Positions 35,715 through 47,285 of a stretch of DNA of 64,000 nucleotides are shown in pieces (positions within the stretch are counted from its first letter, which is position 1; every line of letters begins with the position of its first letter). The position numbers and the translations under genes are program-made. This DNA comes from Bacillota bacterium (GTDB lineage Bacteria > Bacillota > Limnochordia > Darwinibacteriales > Darwinibacteriaceae), in the NCBI GenBank assembly GCA_012520315.1, contig JAAYOM010000124.1:217-64216 (forward strand). The letters run 5' to 3'. The notes under the pieces are model-generated. The model ran no database searches. It saw nothing but the letters and a program-made list of their open reading frames with translations, and was not told where the DNA came from.

Positions 35715-36941
35715 GTGACTAACGCATTTGATGTCTTGGAGGAACGGGGTTTTATTGAACAGGCCACTCACCCCGAGGAGATTCGGGAGGTTTTGGGCAA
35801 GGAGCAAGTTACCTTTTACGTCGGTTTCGATGCTACTGCTCCTAGCCTGACTATGGGCCATCTCATTCCGCTCATGAGTATGCTGCATCTTTACAGAGCC
35901 GGTCATCGTCCCATATTCTTGCTTGGTGGAGGGACGACGTTGATCGGTGATCCGTCGGGCAAGTCTGATATGCGTCAAATGCTGACGAAAGAGATTATCG
36001 ATGCCAATGTGGAGAGCTTCAGGCGACAGTTTTCTAAGTTCGTCAACTTTTCTGACGGTTCTGCCATCTTGGAAAACAATGCCAATTGGCTGCTGGATCT
36101 GAACTTGATGGAGTTTTTGCGTGAGGTGGGCAGGCATTTTTCTGTAAACCGCATGCTTACCATGGAAACCTATAAAGCCCGCCTGGATTCGGGCTTGACC
36201 TTCTTAGAGTTCAGCTACCTATTGACCCAGTCCTACGACTTTCTAGAGTTGTTTCGCCGATACAATTGCCGCCTCCAGATAGGCGGAAACGATCAATGGT
36301 CAAACATTATCGGCGGTTATGAGCTGGTTCGTAAAGTAGAGGGCGCGTCTGCCTATGGTCTGACTTTGAAGCTTTTGACGACCAGTGCTGGAACGAAAAT
36401 GGGTAAAACCGAAGCAGGGACAGTCTGGCTTGATCCCGAGCGGACGAGTGCCTACGATTTCTACCAGTATCTGCGCAATGTGGATGACGCATACGTTGAA
36501 CGTATGCTGGCTCTGTTAACCTTCCTGCCCATGGACGAGGTGCGCAGACTAGGTGCGTTAAGAGACTCCGAAGTAAATCGCGCCAAAGAAGTGCTTGCCT
36601 TCGAAGTCACCAAGTTTGTCCATGGTGAGGAAGAGGCCAGGAAAGCTGAGGCGACAGCCAAAGCACTTTTTAGCGGTGCAGGTGTCGACGAAAATATGCC
36701 GTCCACTGCCTTGGCGAGAGCAGACTTTGCAGAAGGGCTAGATATCTTGACTGTGCTCACTGAGACCGGATTGGCGTCGAGCCGCAGTGAAGGACGTCGC
36801 TTGGTGCAGCAGGGGGGTATCACCTTAGGGGATGAGCGGGTGACCGAAATCGACCATTTGGTGACGGAAGCGGATTTTTCCGGCGGTGAGCTGGTAATCC
36901 GCAAGGGAAAAAAGGTCTACCATCGAGTAGTACTGCAATAA
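35715..36941 (+). CDS. tyrS: tyrosine--tRNA ligase
   Basis: AAGGGGGA SD before the GTG. Class-I motifs (..PSLTMGHLIPL.. HIGH-like; KMGKT as KMSKS) and a C-terminal S4-like domain. Confidence 0.95.
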   Translation: MTNAFDVLEERGFIEQATHPEEIREVLGKEQVTFYVGFDATAPSLTMGHLIPLMSMLHLYRAGHRPIFLLGGGTTLIGDPSGKSDMRQMLTKEIIDANVESFRRQFSKFVNFSDGSAILENNANWLLDLNLMEFLREVGRHFSVNRMLTMETYKARLDSGLTFLEFSYLLTQSYDFLELFRRYNCRLQIGGNDQWSNIIGGYELVRKVEGASAYGLTLKLLTTSAGTKMGKTEAGTVWLDPERTSAYDFYQYLRNVDDAYVERMLALLTFLPMDEVRRLGALRDSEVNRAKEVLAFEVTKFVHGEEEARKAEATAKALFSGAGVDENMPSTALARADFAEGLDILTVLTETGLASSRSEGRRLVQQGGITLGDERVTEIDHLVTEADFSGGELVIRKGKKVYHRVVLQ

Positions 36942-36951
36942 CGACTTTGCC

Positions 36952-36983
36952 AAAAAAGAGCTGGGGCAACCCGGCTCTTTTTT
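36952..36983 (+). terminator. rho-independent terminator after tyrS
   Basis: AAAAGAGCTGGG-gcaa-CCCGGCTCTTTTTT. Confidence 0.85.
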
Positions 36984-36984
36984 C

Positions 36985-37013
36985 TTGACCCCAGGATAGT
37001 TTTTGGTTAGAAT
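36985..37013 (+). promoter_or_regulatory. sigma-A type promoter for the marR/ABC exporter operon
   Basis: TTGACC (36985-36990), 17-nt spacer, TAGAAT (37008-37013). Confidence 0.6.
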
Positions 37014-37052
37014 GGTTTCATGTTGTAACTATTTTTATCGTAAACAATAGGG

Positions 37053-37529
37053 GTGAATATATTGGCTGACGCAGATTTGGTTATAGAATTTGTCGCGACA
37101 TTGCATGAACTGAGACGGTATAAAGGCTGGTACCGCGGGTGTCCCTTCCCGGTTCGGAAAAATGCTGTGACTCTACTTATGTATCTCCATCATCATCTAC
37201 CCCAGGGCAGCCCTGGCATGCAGCCTTCTGAGCTTGGGGAACGCCTGAAGCTGACGCGCCCGACTGTAACTACTTTAGTTAACTCCCTGGAAGAGCACGA
37301 TCTCGTGGAGCGGGTCAACGATGAGGACGACCGGCGGGTTATATATGTGAGACCGACAAGCAGGGGATTGGCTGCCGTGCAGCAAGCGAAGGAAGAGTTT
37401 GCCAAGAATATTGCAGAGATTATGGATCATTTAGGACCGGAGGATGGAAAAGAGTTGGTGCGTATTTCCCGCAAAGTCCGGGAGTTTCTGGCCAGTCGGC
37501 GGCAAGAGCGGGAAGGGGGGAATTCCTAA
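37053..37529 (+). CDS. MarR family transcriptional regulator
   Basis: wHTH pattern ...MQPSELGERLKLTRPTVTTLVNSLEEHDLVERVNDEDDRRVIYVRPTSRG... Confidence 0.9.
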   Translation: MNILADADLVIEFVATLHELRRYKGWYRGCPFPVRKNAVTLLMYLHHHLPQGSPGMQPSELGERLKLTRPTVTTLVNSLEEHDLVERVNDEDDRRVIYVRPTSRGLAAVQQAKEEFAKNIAEIMDHLGPEDGKELVRISRKVREFLASRRQEREGGNS

Positions 37530-39256
37530 TGTGGAAACTGCGTTCCTACTTCAAACCATATCTTGGCACAATTATCACTGTAATGATCTTGGTTTTTCTG
37601 GAAGTAATGGCTACCTTGAAACTCCCTGACTTAATGAGTGGAATTGTTGATCGGGGTATCGCCAGGGGCAACATCCCTCTCATCTGGGGAACAGGCGGGA
37701 TAATGCTCGCAGTTGCCTTGGGAGGGGTTTTATGTGCAGTTGTAGGCAATTTCTTGGCATCCAGGGCGTCAACGCGTTTTGGGCGCGACCTGCGCTTTGA
37801 CATCTTCAAAAGGGTTGGCGAGTTTGCTCCCCGGGAGTTCAACACCTTCGGAACAGCCTCATTAATCACCCGTACAACTAATGATGTTCAACAGGTGCAG
37901 CAGATGTTTCATATGAGTATGCGGATGGCCATGCGCGCCCCTTTAATGGCAGTTGGCGGCGTGTTGATGGTTGTGCGCAAAGATTCTGGATTGGCACTTA
38001 TTCTCCTAGGTCTGATTCCCATCATCGGTCTTATCATCTCCTATGTCATTATCAAGGGTGTACCGCTTTTTAAGGGTCTGCAGAAGATGCTTGATCGAAT
38101 TAATTTGGTATTGCGGGAGCAGCTGGCCGGAGTCAGGGTGATTAGGGCCTTTGACAGGGGAACCTATGAACAGGAGCGTTTCGATAAAGCGAATCGTGAT
38201 CTGACCGGGATAGCCCTTAAGGTTAATCGCATGATGGTGACTTTGATGCCTCTGCTCGGTTTACTCATTAACGTTACCAATATAATAATCATTTGGTTTG
38301 CAGCCAAACGGATTGATCTAGGCGTTATGCAGGTTGGCGACTTGATGGCTTTTTTGCAGTATACGATGCAAATCTTCATGTCGGTGATGATGCTCTCGTT
38401 CATTTTCGTGATGCTGCCCAGGGCCTCCGCGTCTGCCGAGCGGATCGTTGCGGTTATGGAGACTGAAACATCCGTCAAAGATCCGAAAGAGCCAGCGCAG
38501 ATCGGAAGGGATCGTGGCGTTATCAGTTTTGAGGATGTCACTTTTATGTATCCAGGCGCGGCCGAGCCGGTTTTGAGCAACATCTCCTTCACTGCTAACC
38601 CCGGTGAAACAACCGCCATCATTGGCGGAACAGGGTCAGGAAAATCCACAATCCTGGATTTGATTCCCCGCTTTCACGATCCCCAAGAAGGCAGGATCAC
38701 ATTAGACGGCGTCGACATTAGACAGCTGGCCTTGGAGGATTTGCGTTTGCGCTTAGGTTATGTGCCGCAGCAGGCTATGCTTTTCTCCGGCACAATAGCA
38801 TCAAATATTCGTGGAGGTAAGGCAGATGCTACCGATGAAGAGGTCATGGAGGCCGCTCGGATAGCGCAGGCTAGTGAGTTTGTTAACGAAAGGGAAGATG
38901 GCTATGGGAGCTATGTTGCCCAGGGGGGAACTAACCTTTCAGGCGGCCAGAAGCAAAGGCTTTCCATTGCACGGGCTGTGGTTCGGGAGCCCAAAGTCTA
39001 CTTGCTCGATGATACCTTCTCTGCCTTGGACTACAGGACGGATGCCCGTTTACGCTCAGAACTGAATAAACGCGCCCAAGACGCGACAGTAATTGTGGTG
39101 GCACAGCGGGTCAGTACGATTTTACATGCGGATCAGATTATTGTGCTTGATGAAGGCAGGATTGTGGGCAAAGGAACCCACAAGGCTCTATTGGAAAACT
39201 GTGCTGTGTACAGAGAAATAGTGGCATCCCAATTTGGAGAGGAGGCGGTCTCATGA
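37529..39256 (+). CDS. ABC exporter, fused permease/ATPase subunit (degenerate-site half of a heterodimer)
   Basis: 6-TM domain plus NBD. Walker A GGTGSGKST and signature LSGGQKQR. Walker B region VYLLDDTFSALD has Asp in place of the catalytic Glu. Confidence 0.9.
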   Translation: MWKLRSYFKPYLGTIITVMILVFLEVMATLKLPDLMSGIVDRGIARGNIPLIWGTGGIMLAVALGGVLCAVVGNFLASRASTRFGRDLRFDIFKRVGEFAPREFNTFGTASLITRTTNDVQQVQQMFHMSMRMAMRAPLMAVGGVLMVVRKDSGLALILLGLIPIIGLIISYVIIKGVPLFKGLQKMLDRINLVLREQLAGVRVIRAFDRGTYEQERFDKANRDLTGIALKVNRMMVTLMPLLGLLINVTNIIIIWFAAKRIDLGVMQVGDLMAFLQYTMQIFMSVMMLSFIFVMLPRASASAERIVAVMETETSVKDPKEPAQIGRDRGVISFEDVTFMYPGAAEPVLSNISFTANPGETTAIIGGTGSGKSTILDLIPRFHDPQEGRITLDGVDIRQLALEDLRLRLGYVPQQAMLFSGTIASNIRGGKADATDEEVMEAARIAQASEFVNEREDGYGSYVAQGGTNLSGGQKQRLSIARAVVREPKVYLLDDTFSALDYRTDARLRSELNKRAQDATVIVVAQRVSTILHADQIIVLDEGRIVGKGTHKALLENCAVYREIVASQFGEEAVS

Positions 39257-41115
39257 GGGGGCATTCAGCTAACAGGGGGCATGGCGGCCGTGGCGGCGGA
39301 TACGGACCGCGGGGCATAGGTCGTCCTGTGGAAAAGGCAAAGGATTTCAGGGGGACCACAAGGCGTTTGGTTCGCTACATGGGACCGCACAAGTGGAGCC
39401 TACTTTTGGTATTTCTGGCAACAATTGCCAGCACCCTATTTTCCATTCTGGGCCCGAAGATTTTGGGTCAGGCAACAACTGTCCTATTTGCAGGGGTCCT
39501 GGCTAGGCTACAAGGGCTGCCAGGAGCAGGTGTTGACTTCACTGCCATCCTGCGCATCCTTGGCATGCTGGGGGTTGTCTATCTGGCCAGCACTTTGTTC
39601 GGATTCATCCAGCAAATTGTCATGGTAAATGTATCTCAAAAGACTGTGTATAAAATGAGAAAAGACATTAACCACAAACTGGCGAGACTGCCTTTACACT
39701 ACTACGACAGTGCGTCACACGGTGACACACTGAGCAGGTTCACCAACGATGTAGATGTGATCAGCCAGAGTCTTCAACAGAGCGTGATCCAGATGATGTC
39801 CTCGCTAATTACGATCATTGGTGTTACAATAATGATGCTGACTATCAGTCCCACTCTCACCTTGCTAACAGCAGGAATGCTGCCCCTAAGTGCAGGTATC
39901 AGCGCTTTTGTTGCTTCCCGGTCCCAGAAGTTCTTTGTGAGGCAGCAGAACATTCTTGGCGAGCTCAACGGACATATTGAAGAGACTTTTTCAGGCCACA
40001 CCATTGTCAAAGCCTATGGCTTGGAGGCTGAGGCTGAGTCGGCTTTCAGGACGATCAACGACGAGCTCTATGAAAATGGGTGGAAAGCACAGTTTGTGTC
40101 AGGGACAATTATGCCTCTGATTCGCTTTGTAGGCAATCTGGGTTATGTAGTGATTGCGGTAGTAGGCGGTGTTTTTGTTACTCGAGGGAGCATGACAATC
40201 GGCAACGTTCAGGCATTCATGCAGTACTCGCGGCAGTTCGGCATGCCGATTACCCAAGTCGCCAGCATCGTCAATGTTCTCCAGTCCACTGTTGCAGCTG
40301 CAGAGCGTGTTTTTGAGCTCCTGGATGAAAAGGAGGAAGCCGCCGACAGCCCTGATGCAAAAGATATAATGCAACCGGCAGGACGAATTAGACTTACAGA
40401 TGTCAGCTTTGGTTACAATGCGGACGAGTATGTGATTAAGAATCTCAATCTGGCCGTAGAACCTGGACAACTGATTGCAATTGTGGGTCCTACCGGCGCA
40501 GGAAAGACTACCCTGGTGAACTTGCTGATGCGGTTTTACGATGTCGGGCAGGGTGTTATTACCTTTGACGGCCATGACATTCGTGAGCTTAAACGAAGCA
40601 GCCTGCGTACCATGTTTGGCATGGTTTTGCAGGATACCTGGTTATTTGAAGGAACAATCAGAGACAACATTGCTTACGGTCGGGAAGGTGTTTCTGATGA
40701 GGAAGTTGTTGCGGCTGCCCAGGCAGCCCATGTAGATCATTTTATCCGCACCTTGCCCAATGGATATGATACTGTCCTAACCGATGATGCCTCCAGCATC
40801 TCCCAGGGTCAAAGGCAGCTTCTGACCATTGCCAGGGCGATTTTGGCTGACCCTGCCGTGCTGATTCTTGATGAAGCCACCAGTTCAGTCGATACTAGAA
40901 CAGAGCGCTTGATTCAAGAGGCTATGGCCCGACTGATGGAAGGACGCACCAGCTTTGTGATAGCTCATCGTTTGTCCACGATTCTAGATGCAGATCGAAT
41001 CCTGGTGATCAATGAAGGTGAGATTATTGAACAGGGAACCCACCAGGAGTTGATGGAGAAGAATGGTTTTTACGCAGAATTGTATAACAGTCAGTTTGTG
41101 TCAGCAACGGTTTAG
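39253..41115 (+). CDS. ABC exporter, fused permease/ATPase subunit (consensus-site half of a heterodimer)
   Basis: Gly/Arg-rich N-terminus, 6-TM domain, Walker A GPTGAGKTT, Walker B LILDEATSSVD, divergent signature ISQGQRQ. ATGA overlap with the upstream gene. Confidence 0.9.
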   Translation: MRGHSANRGHGGRGGGYGPRGIGRPVEKAKDFRGTTRRLVRYMGPHKWSLLLVFLATIASTLFSILGPKILGQATTVLFAGVLARLQGLPGAGVDFTAILRILGMLGVVYLASTLFGFIQQIVMVNVSQKTVYKMRKDINHKLARLPLHYYDSASHGDTLSRFTNDVDVISQSLQQSVIQMMSSLITIIGVTIMMLTISPTLTLLTAGMLPLSAGISAFVASRSQKFFVRQQNILGELNGHIEETFSGHTIVKAYGLEAEAESAFRTINDELYENGWKAQFVSGTIMPLIRFVGNLGYVVIAVVGGVFVTRGSMTIGNVQAFMQYSRQFGMPITQVASIVNVLQSTVAAAERVFELLDEKEEAADSPDAKDIMQPAGRIRLTDVSFGYNADEYVIKNLNLAVEPGQLIAIVGPTGAGKTTLVNLLMRFYDVGQGVITFDGHDIRELKRSSLRTMFGMVLQDTWLFEGTIRDNIAYGREGVSDEEVVAAAQAAHVDHFIRTLPNGYDTVLTDDASSISQGQRQLLTIARAILADPAVLILDEATSSVDTRTERLIQEAMARLMEGRTSFVIAHRLSTILDADRILVINEGEIIEQGTHQELMEKNGFYAELYNSQFVSATV

Positions 41116-41121
41116 AGATGA

Positions 41122-42198
<1,077 letters not shown>

Positions 42199-42200
42199 CT

Positions 42201-42485
42201 ATGATGCTGGTGGGCACATTGTACGTGCAAGTCTACATTCCGGGAGCGTCATCTTTGAAGGAAAAACGGCGGATAGTCAAGAGCATGATAACCAAGGTCC
42301 AAAATCGGTTTAATGTCTCCATAGCGGAGTTGGAAAGTGAAAATGTGTGGCAGAGAGCTGCCATAGGCATAGCCATGGTTGGGGACAGCCGTGACCACGT
42401 GGAGCGGCAGCTTCAGTTTGTAATGAATTTTTTAGATTCGGAGCCGCGTTGGGAAGTAATTAAGATAGTGCAGGAATGGAATTAA
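42201..42485 (+). CDS. DUF503 family protein (YlxP-like)
   Basis: MMLVGTLYVQVYIPGASSLKEKRRIVKSMITKVQNRFNVSIAE is the typical DUF503 pattern. Confidence 0.75.
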   Translation: MMLVGTLYVQVYIPGASSLKEKRRIVKSMITKVQNRFNVSIAELESENVWQRAAIGIAMVGDSRDHVERQLQFVMNFLDSEPRWEVIKIVQEWN

Positions 42486-42535
42486 AGGATTTAGCATGCT
42501 TGTGAGGAAATTGGTATATGACAGGGGGGGCGAAG

Positions 42536-43384
42536 ATGAACGAGAAAATTGCGATCATGACAGACAGCACCAGCGATATTCCAAAGGATGTCGTAGAGAA
42601 ATATGGTATTCAGGTTGTTCCGCTGAGAATTCTGTATCAAGATAAGGAATACAGAGATCAGGTGGACATTAGTTCGGAGGAAGTGTATGACCGGTTGTCT
42701 ACGGAGGTGCCGAGCACATCGCTGCCATCACCAGGCGATGTGTTGGAACTGTGGGAACGTCTCAAGCAGGAGGGTTTTACCCATGTGCTGGCTATCCATA
42801 TTTCCTCGGGGTTAAGCGGAACAATGCAGTTGATTGAGAATCTGTCACATCAGGTTGATGATTTGGTTATCAAGGTTATAGACTCAAAGAACATCTCGAT
42901 GGGTTTAGGCTACACAGTGATTGAGGCTGCACGCCAAGCGGCCCAGAATGCCAGTTTTGAGTCGCTATGCGCCTATGTTCAGGATTCCTTGGCGAAGATG
43001 AAAGTCTATTTCGTACTGGAGACCTTAGAGTACCTGACCAAAGGGGGGAGAATCGGGAAAGTTGCAGGTACTTTGGGCCAAATGCTTAACCTCAAGCCGA
43101 TTATTACAGTTAATCAAGACGGCGTCTATACTACCCATGCCAAGGTGCGGGGACGAAAAAAATCTATTGAACGCCTCTTTGAGATAGTAAAATCGCATTT
43201 AGCCAAACCCATGCATAATGTGGCTGTCTGTCACGGTGCCGCTCTGGAAGAAGCCCAAGAACTGATCGAACGAATCAAACAACATGGCAGTGTTGGCGAA
43301 GTGCTGATGAGTCATGTTAGTCCTGTGATTGGTGTGCACACAGGTCCCGGAACACTAGGATTCGTGGTCTACCAGACAGACTAG
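42536..43384 (+). CDS. DegV family fatty-acid-binding protein
   Basis: [14 protein letters not shown]...TSLPSPGD...HISSGLSGT...GGRIGKV motifs. Confidence 0.9.
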   Translation: MNEKIAIMTDSTSDIPKDVVEKYGIQVVPLRILYQDKEYRDQVDISSEEVYDRLSTEVPSTSLPSPGDVLELWERLKQEGFTHVLAIHISSGLSGTMQLIENLSHQVDDLVIKVIDSKNISMGLGYTVIEAARQAAQNASFESLCAYVQDSLAKMKVYFVLETLEYLTKGGRIGKVAGTLGQMLNLKPIITVNQDGVYTTHAKVRGRKKSIERLFEIVKSHLAKPMHNVAVCHGAALEEAQELIERIKQHGSVGEVLMSHVSPVIGVHTGPGTLGFVVYQTD

Positions 43385-43410
43385 GACAACTAAAGGAGGT
43401 ACATTGGTTA

Positions 43411-44997
43411 ATGGCAGAGAAAGCATCGTTGAGATTGGAGGCAGTACTTAAGCGACCTAGTACTCGTTTTAATTTAGCTGCAGCCCAATTAGCAGAAGCG
43501 GCAGTAAAGAGAGGAGAAGGCAGGTTTTCTTCTACGGGCGCACTTTCCACAACAACGGGAAAATATACTGGCCGGTCACCAAAGGATAAGTTCATTGTCA
43601 AAGATGATCTCACCCGAGATACGGTGGCATGGGGTTCTGTTAACGTTCCCATCAGTGAGGAACGGTTTCATAACATCTTGCGGATGACAGTGGATTATCT
43701 GGAAGAGCTGGACGAGCTGTTCGTGTTTGATGGTTATGTGGGGGCAGATCCCGACTATCAGATGCCTTTGCGAGTGATCAACCAGTTTGCCTGGCAAAAC
43801 CTGTTTGCGCGCCAGCTGTTTATTCGCCCTTCACGCGATGCACTTAAATCACATCAGCCTCAGTTCACGGTAATTGCTGTCCCCGGATTGACAGCAAATC
43901 CAGAGCGGGATGGCACCAATTCAGAGGCCTTCGTTATTGTTTCTTTCAAGGAAAGGGTCGTGCTGATCGGGGGCACAGCCTACGCGGGGGAGATTAAAAA
44001 GTCAATCTTTTCGGTAATGAACTACTTGCTGCCTGCCAAGGGTGTCCTTCCCATGCACTGTTCAGCCAATGTGGGCGAGGACGGCAGAACCGCACTATTT
44101 TTTGGTCTTTCGGGAACAGGCAAGACCACCCTTTCGGCTGATCCTAAGCGACGCTTGGTTGGCGACGACGAACATGGCTGGACGACGAAAGGCATTTTCA
44201 ACCTTGAAGGCGGCTGTTATGCAAAGTGCATTAATTTGTCCCGTGAACACGAGCCGCAGATTTGGGACGCCATTCAGTTCGGGTCTGTGTTAGAAAATGT
44301 AGTTCTCGATCCACTGGAGCACATTGCGGACTATAGTGATGGCTCTCTAACCGAAAACACAAGGTGTGCTTACCCGCTGGATTATATTCCCGGTCGAGTT
44401 GATCCTAGCCTGGCAGGCCATCCTAAGGCCGTTGTCTTCTTGACGGCAGATGCCTTTGGGGTTTTGCCGCCCATCAGCATCTTGGAAGATGAGCAAATCA
44501 TGTATCATTTCATTTCCGGCTACACCAGCAAGCTGGCAGGCACCGAACGGGGCATCCAGCAGCCGGAAGCGACTTTTTCCGCCTGTTTTGGCGAACCCTT
44601 TCTGCCGCTCAGCCCCCTAGCTTATGCGGAGATGCTCAAAGACCGCGTTAATCAGTATGGATCTAAGGTATTTCTGATTAATACTGGCTGGTCAGGGGGA
44701 CCCTACGGCATCGGCGAGAGGATTGCGCTTAGATATACCAGACAAATGGTGACTATGGCTCTCTCTGGAGAGTTGGATGAGGTAGAGACAAGGGTTGATC
44801 CTGTCTTTGGTCTTAAGGTGCCCGAAAGCTGTCCGGGAGTACCAGAGGAGATCTTAGATCCGAAAAAAACCTGGGCTGATCCAGAGGGCTATGATGCCAA
44901 GGCCCGGGAACTGGCAGTCTCTTTTGCTGACAACTTTAAGAAAAAATATGCCGATTTGGCCCCTGAGGTGCGCAAAGCCGGCCCAACTATTGATTAA
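43411..44997 (+). CDS. pckA: phosphoenolpyruvate carboxykinase (ATP)
   Basis: AAAGGAGG SD. Kinase-1a motif [17 protein letters not shown] and CYAKCI motifs. 528 aa. Confidence 0.95.
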   Translation: MAEKASLRLEAVLKRPSTRFNLAAAQLAEAAVKRGEGRFSSTGALSTTTGKYTGRSPKDKFIVKDDLTRDTVAWGSVNVPISEERFHNILRMTVDYLEELDELFVFDGYVGADPDYQMPLRVINQFAWQNLFARQLFIRPSRDALKSHQPQFTVIAVPGLTANPERDGTNSEAFVIVSFKERVVLIGGTAYAGEIKKSIFSVMNYLLPAKGVLPMHCSANVGEDGRTALFFGLSGTGKTTLSADPKRRLVGDDEHGWTTKGIFNLEGGCYAKCINLSREHEPQIWDAIQFGSVLENVVLDPLEHIADYSDGSLTENTRCAYPLDYIPGRVDPSLAGHPKAVVFLTADAFGVLPPISILEDEQIMYHFISGYTSKLAGTERGIQQPEATFSACFGEPFLPLSPLAYAEMLKDRVNQYGSKVFLINTGWSGGPYGIGERIALRYTRQMVTMALSGELDEVETRVDPVFGLKVPESCPGVPEEILDPKKTWADPEGYDAKARELAVSFADNFKKKYADLAPEVRKAGPTID

Positions 44998-45004
44998 AGC
45001 AGGT

Positions 45005-45032
45005 GCAGAGCAGCTTATTAATGCTGCTCTGC
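45005..45032 (+). terminator. strong hairpin after pckA (probable terminator)
   Basis: GCAGAGCAGC-ttattaat-GCTGCTCTGC, a perfect 10-bp stem. The downstream tract is only moderately T-rich. Confidence 0.55.
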
Positions 45033-45050
45033 CCTTCGTTGAGGTGGAGT

Positions 45051-45524
45051 ATGTTTAAGGTAATCGTAGATGCAGATGCATGCCCCCGTGCCTGTCTGCA
45101 AGTGCTGCAGAGGCAGAAAAAGACTTGGAAATACAGGCTGCTTACCGTTGCTTCTGTTGACCATCGCATTGATCACGCTGATCATATTGTGGTAGGCAAG
45201 GGGCAAGATGCGGCGGACTTGGCAGTGGTTAACAACACCAGCCGAGGTGACATTGTGGTGACCCAGGACTGGGGATTAGCTGCGCTGGTTTTGGGGAAGG
45301 GTGCCTTTGCTATTTCACCTTCCGGCCGCATTTTTTCCGAGGATAATATCGACTTTTTACTGGAAGAACGCTCTCTTAAAGCAAAATTCCGCAGAGCGGG
45401 CGGTCGTACAAAGGGTCCTTCTGCACGTACCAGAGAGGATGACCGCAGATTCCAGGAGAGTTTCTTGCTGCTGGTGAAACGAGCTCGCACCGATACGCCA
45501 AATGAGAGTGAATTGACAGAATAA
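45051..45524 (+). CDS. YaiI/YqxD family protein (DUF188, PIN-like fold)
   Basis: GAGGTGGAG SD before ATG 45051. MFKVIVDADACPRACLQVL... and VVTQDWGLAALVLGKGA are typical of DUF188. Confidence 0.8.
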   Translation: MFKVIVDADACPRACLQVLQRQKKTWKYRLLTVASVDHRIDHADHIVVGKGQDAADLAVVNNTSRGDIVVTQDWGLAALVLGKGAFAISPSGRIFSEDNIDFLLEERSLKAKFRRAGGRTKGPSARTREDDRRFQESFLLLVKRARTDTPNESELTE

Positions 45525-45538
45525 TGAGGAGGATTTTT

Positions 45539-46501
45539 ATGGCAGAACACCATTTTGCCGTCTTGGTAGATGGTGAGAACATTTCACCGCGGTTTTTAGG
45601 GCCAATTTTGGCTGAAATAAATCGTTCGGGTGAAATTATATTAACAAGAGTTTACGGAGATTGGACCCAACCGCATATGACAGGTTGGAAAGATCTTTTA
45701 CAGGCTTATCCAGTTAGACCTATTCAACAGTTCCGTTATGGGGAAAACGCCAGTGATGGAGCACTAATTATGGACGCGATTGAAATTGTGTCTACGAACC
45801 GCAATCCAGTCAATGCGTTTTGCATTGTGTCCAGTGACAGTGATTTTTACAGTCTGGCTTTGCGCCTGCGGGAACACGGCATGTATGTAACTGGAATTGG
45901 CCGCCAAGGTACAAAGAGCATTCTAGTTCGCTCCTGCAACCGCTTTATTTATCTGGAAAACCTCGGTTTTTCCACGAGTTCTAAGGCGAAGGAAGAAGAG
46001 GAGGAGCAAACCCCCTCCCTAGGCAAGGTTCCGGTGGAGGATATCGTGCGTAGGGCCTATGAAGCCAGTGAAGAAGATAGTGATGGATGGCTGCTCCTAG
46101 CCCATCTCGGGCAGGCAATCCGCCGAGAACGCTCTGATTTTGACCCCCGGAGCTACAATTACACTAATTTGCTAGACATTTTGCGTTCCTATCCAGATTT
46201 GTTTGAAGTGCGGAGCAATGGAAAAACTCCGCCGATATACTGGATGCGGTTAATACCCGAGCAGGAAGGGCCTGTTACGCTCAAGGGTGTTATTAAGCGC
46301 TTTATGTCTAATTACGGTTTCATCCGGGCTGACAAAGGAGATTACTTTTTCACCAAAGCTAATTTACCTGCGGAGCAAAGGAACATGCATTTGAGACCAG
46401 GTACGAAGGTGGAGTTTGTGGAAATCAAGGCCCCAGATCCAACTGGGGAAACATCTGCTGAGAAAAATGGGCGGGCCCGCAGCGTTACAGTGCTCAGCTA
46501 A
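45539..46501 (+). CDS. NYN-domain ribonuclease-like protein with OST-HTH/LOTUS and C-terminal cold-shock-like domains
   Basis: GAGGAGG SD. NYN/LabA pattern FAVLVDGENIS...RVYGDW...ASDGALIMDAIE...FCIVSSDSDFYSLALRLREHG. LOTUS-like GWLLLAHLGQAIRR..DPRSYNYTNLLDILRSYPDLFEV. CSD-like LKGVIKRFMSNYGFIRADKGDYFF. Confidence 0.75.
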   Translation: MAEHHFAVLVDGENISPRFLGPILAEINRSGEIILTRVYGDWTQPHMTGWKDLLQAYPVRPIQQFRYGENASDGALIMDAIEIVSTNRNPVNAFCIVSSDSDFYSLALRLREHGMYVTGIGRQGTKSILVRSCNRFIYLENLGFSTSSKAKEEEEEQTPSLGKVPVEDIVRRAYEASEEDSDGWLLLAHLGQAIRRERSDFDPRSYNYTNLLDILRSYPDLFEVRSNGKTPPIYWMRLIPEQEGPVTLKGVIKRFMSNYGFIRADKGDYFFTKANLPAEQRNMHLRPGTKVEFVEIKAPDPTGETSAEKNGRARSVTVLS

Positions 46502-46514
46502 CGGGGGAATGAAT

Positions 46515-47273
46515 ATGCGCCTGATTTTGCTGTGTGACGCCTCCCAGCCCGAAAAGGCAGCTCCGATTTGCCGCAGAACCGGGTTAGGGGTGGAAATCCA
46601 GTCTTTTTCCAATCCAGAATATCCCCAGCAAAATCCAGATGGGCCCCAGCTGCATCAGGCACTGTATGAGTCTGTCTACCCCCGGGCTTTGCATGGACCA
46701 TTTGGTGATCTTAGTCCAGGCAGTTGTGATGCTTTGATTCGCCAAGTGACACGGGAGCGCTTTGAGTTTGCCTACACCTGGGCCCGTACGCTAGGGGCAG
46801 AGCACGTGGTTTTCCATCACGGCTACGTCCCTAACACCAACACCTACCAAGGTTGGCTGCGGCGGAGCGTTCAGTTCTGGGAGGAATTTCTATCATCAAA
46901 AGGCTCAGAGATAACGTTTTATGTTGAAAACCTTTTGGAAACTGACTCCAAGCTGATCGGCGATGTTTTAAGGGCGGTAGGTCACCCTAATCTGAAAGCC
47001 TGCTTAGATGTGGGCCATGCCTTTTGCCACGGGAAGGTGCAGGTATCAGAGTGGATAGAAGATCTCGGTGATCTAATTGGCTATGTTCATTTCCACGACA
47101 ACCTCGGAGACAGGGATGCCCACTTATCTTTAGGGGAAGGGCGGCTACCATTGGATCAAATCTGCTACAGCCTGGAACAAAGGGCACCCGATGCTGTTTG
47201 GGCCCTCGAAGTAGGTCCGGAGAACCTGGAGGACTCCTTGTTCTGGCTGGAAACACACGGTTACAGGTCCTAA
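46515..47273 (+). CDS. xylose isomerase-like TIM-barrel protein (sugar phosphate isomerase/epimerase; AP_endonuc_2 superfamily)
   Basis: MRLILLCD... with HVVFHHGY, FYVENL, CLDVGHA and YVHFHDNLGDRDAHLSLGEGRLPLD metal-ligand pattern. The ORF-track 5' extension overlaps the NYN gene. Confidence 0.7.
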   Translation: MRLILLCDASQPEKAAPICRRTGLGVEIQSFSNPEYPQQNPDGPQLHQALYESVYPRALHGPFGDLSPGSCDALIRQVTRERFEFAYTWARTLGAEHVVFHHGYVPNTNTYQGWLRRSVQFWEEFLSSKGSEITFYVENLLETDSKLIGDVLRAVGHPNLKACLDVGHAFCHGKVQVSEWIEDLGDLIGYVHFHDNLGDRDAHLSLGEGRLPLDQICYSLEQRAPDAVWALEVGPENLEDSLFWLETHGYRS

Positions 47274-47285
47274 TGGAGTTGAAAG

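Noticed and set aside
37021-37050. Candidate MarR operator (TTGTAAC...GTAAACAA / CTATT-N12-AATAG) between the promoter and marR.
   Set aside because: The arms match at only 4-5 bp. This is too weak to call from sequence alone.
38164-40575. 161-aa (38164..38649) and 158-aa (40099..40575) minus-strand ORFs.
   Set aside because: Antisense to the two ABC exporter genes. No independent signals.
46416-46514. 5' extension of the TIM-barrel ORF overlapping the NYN gene.
   Set aside because: The extension is out of frame with, and inside, the NYN-protein C-terminus. A GGGGG-rich SD and ATG at 46509/46515 give a normal-length TIM-barrel protein.
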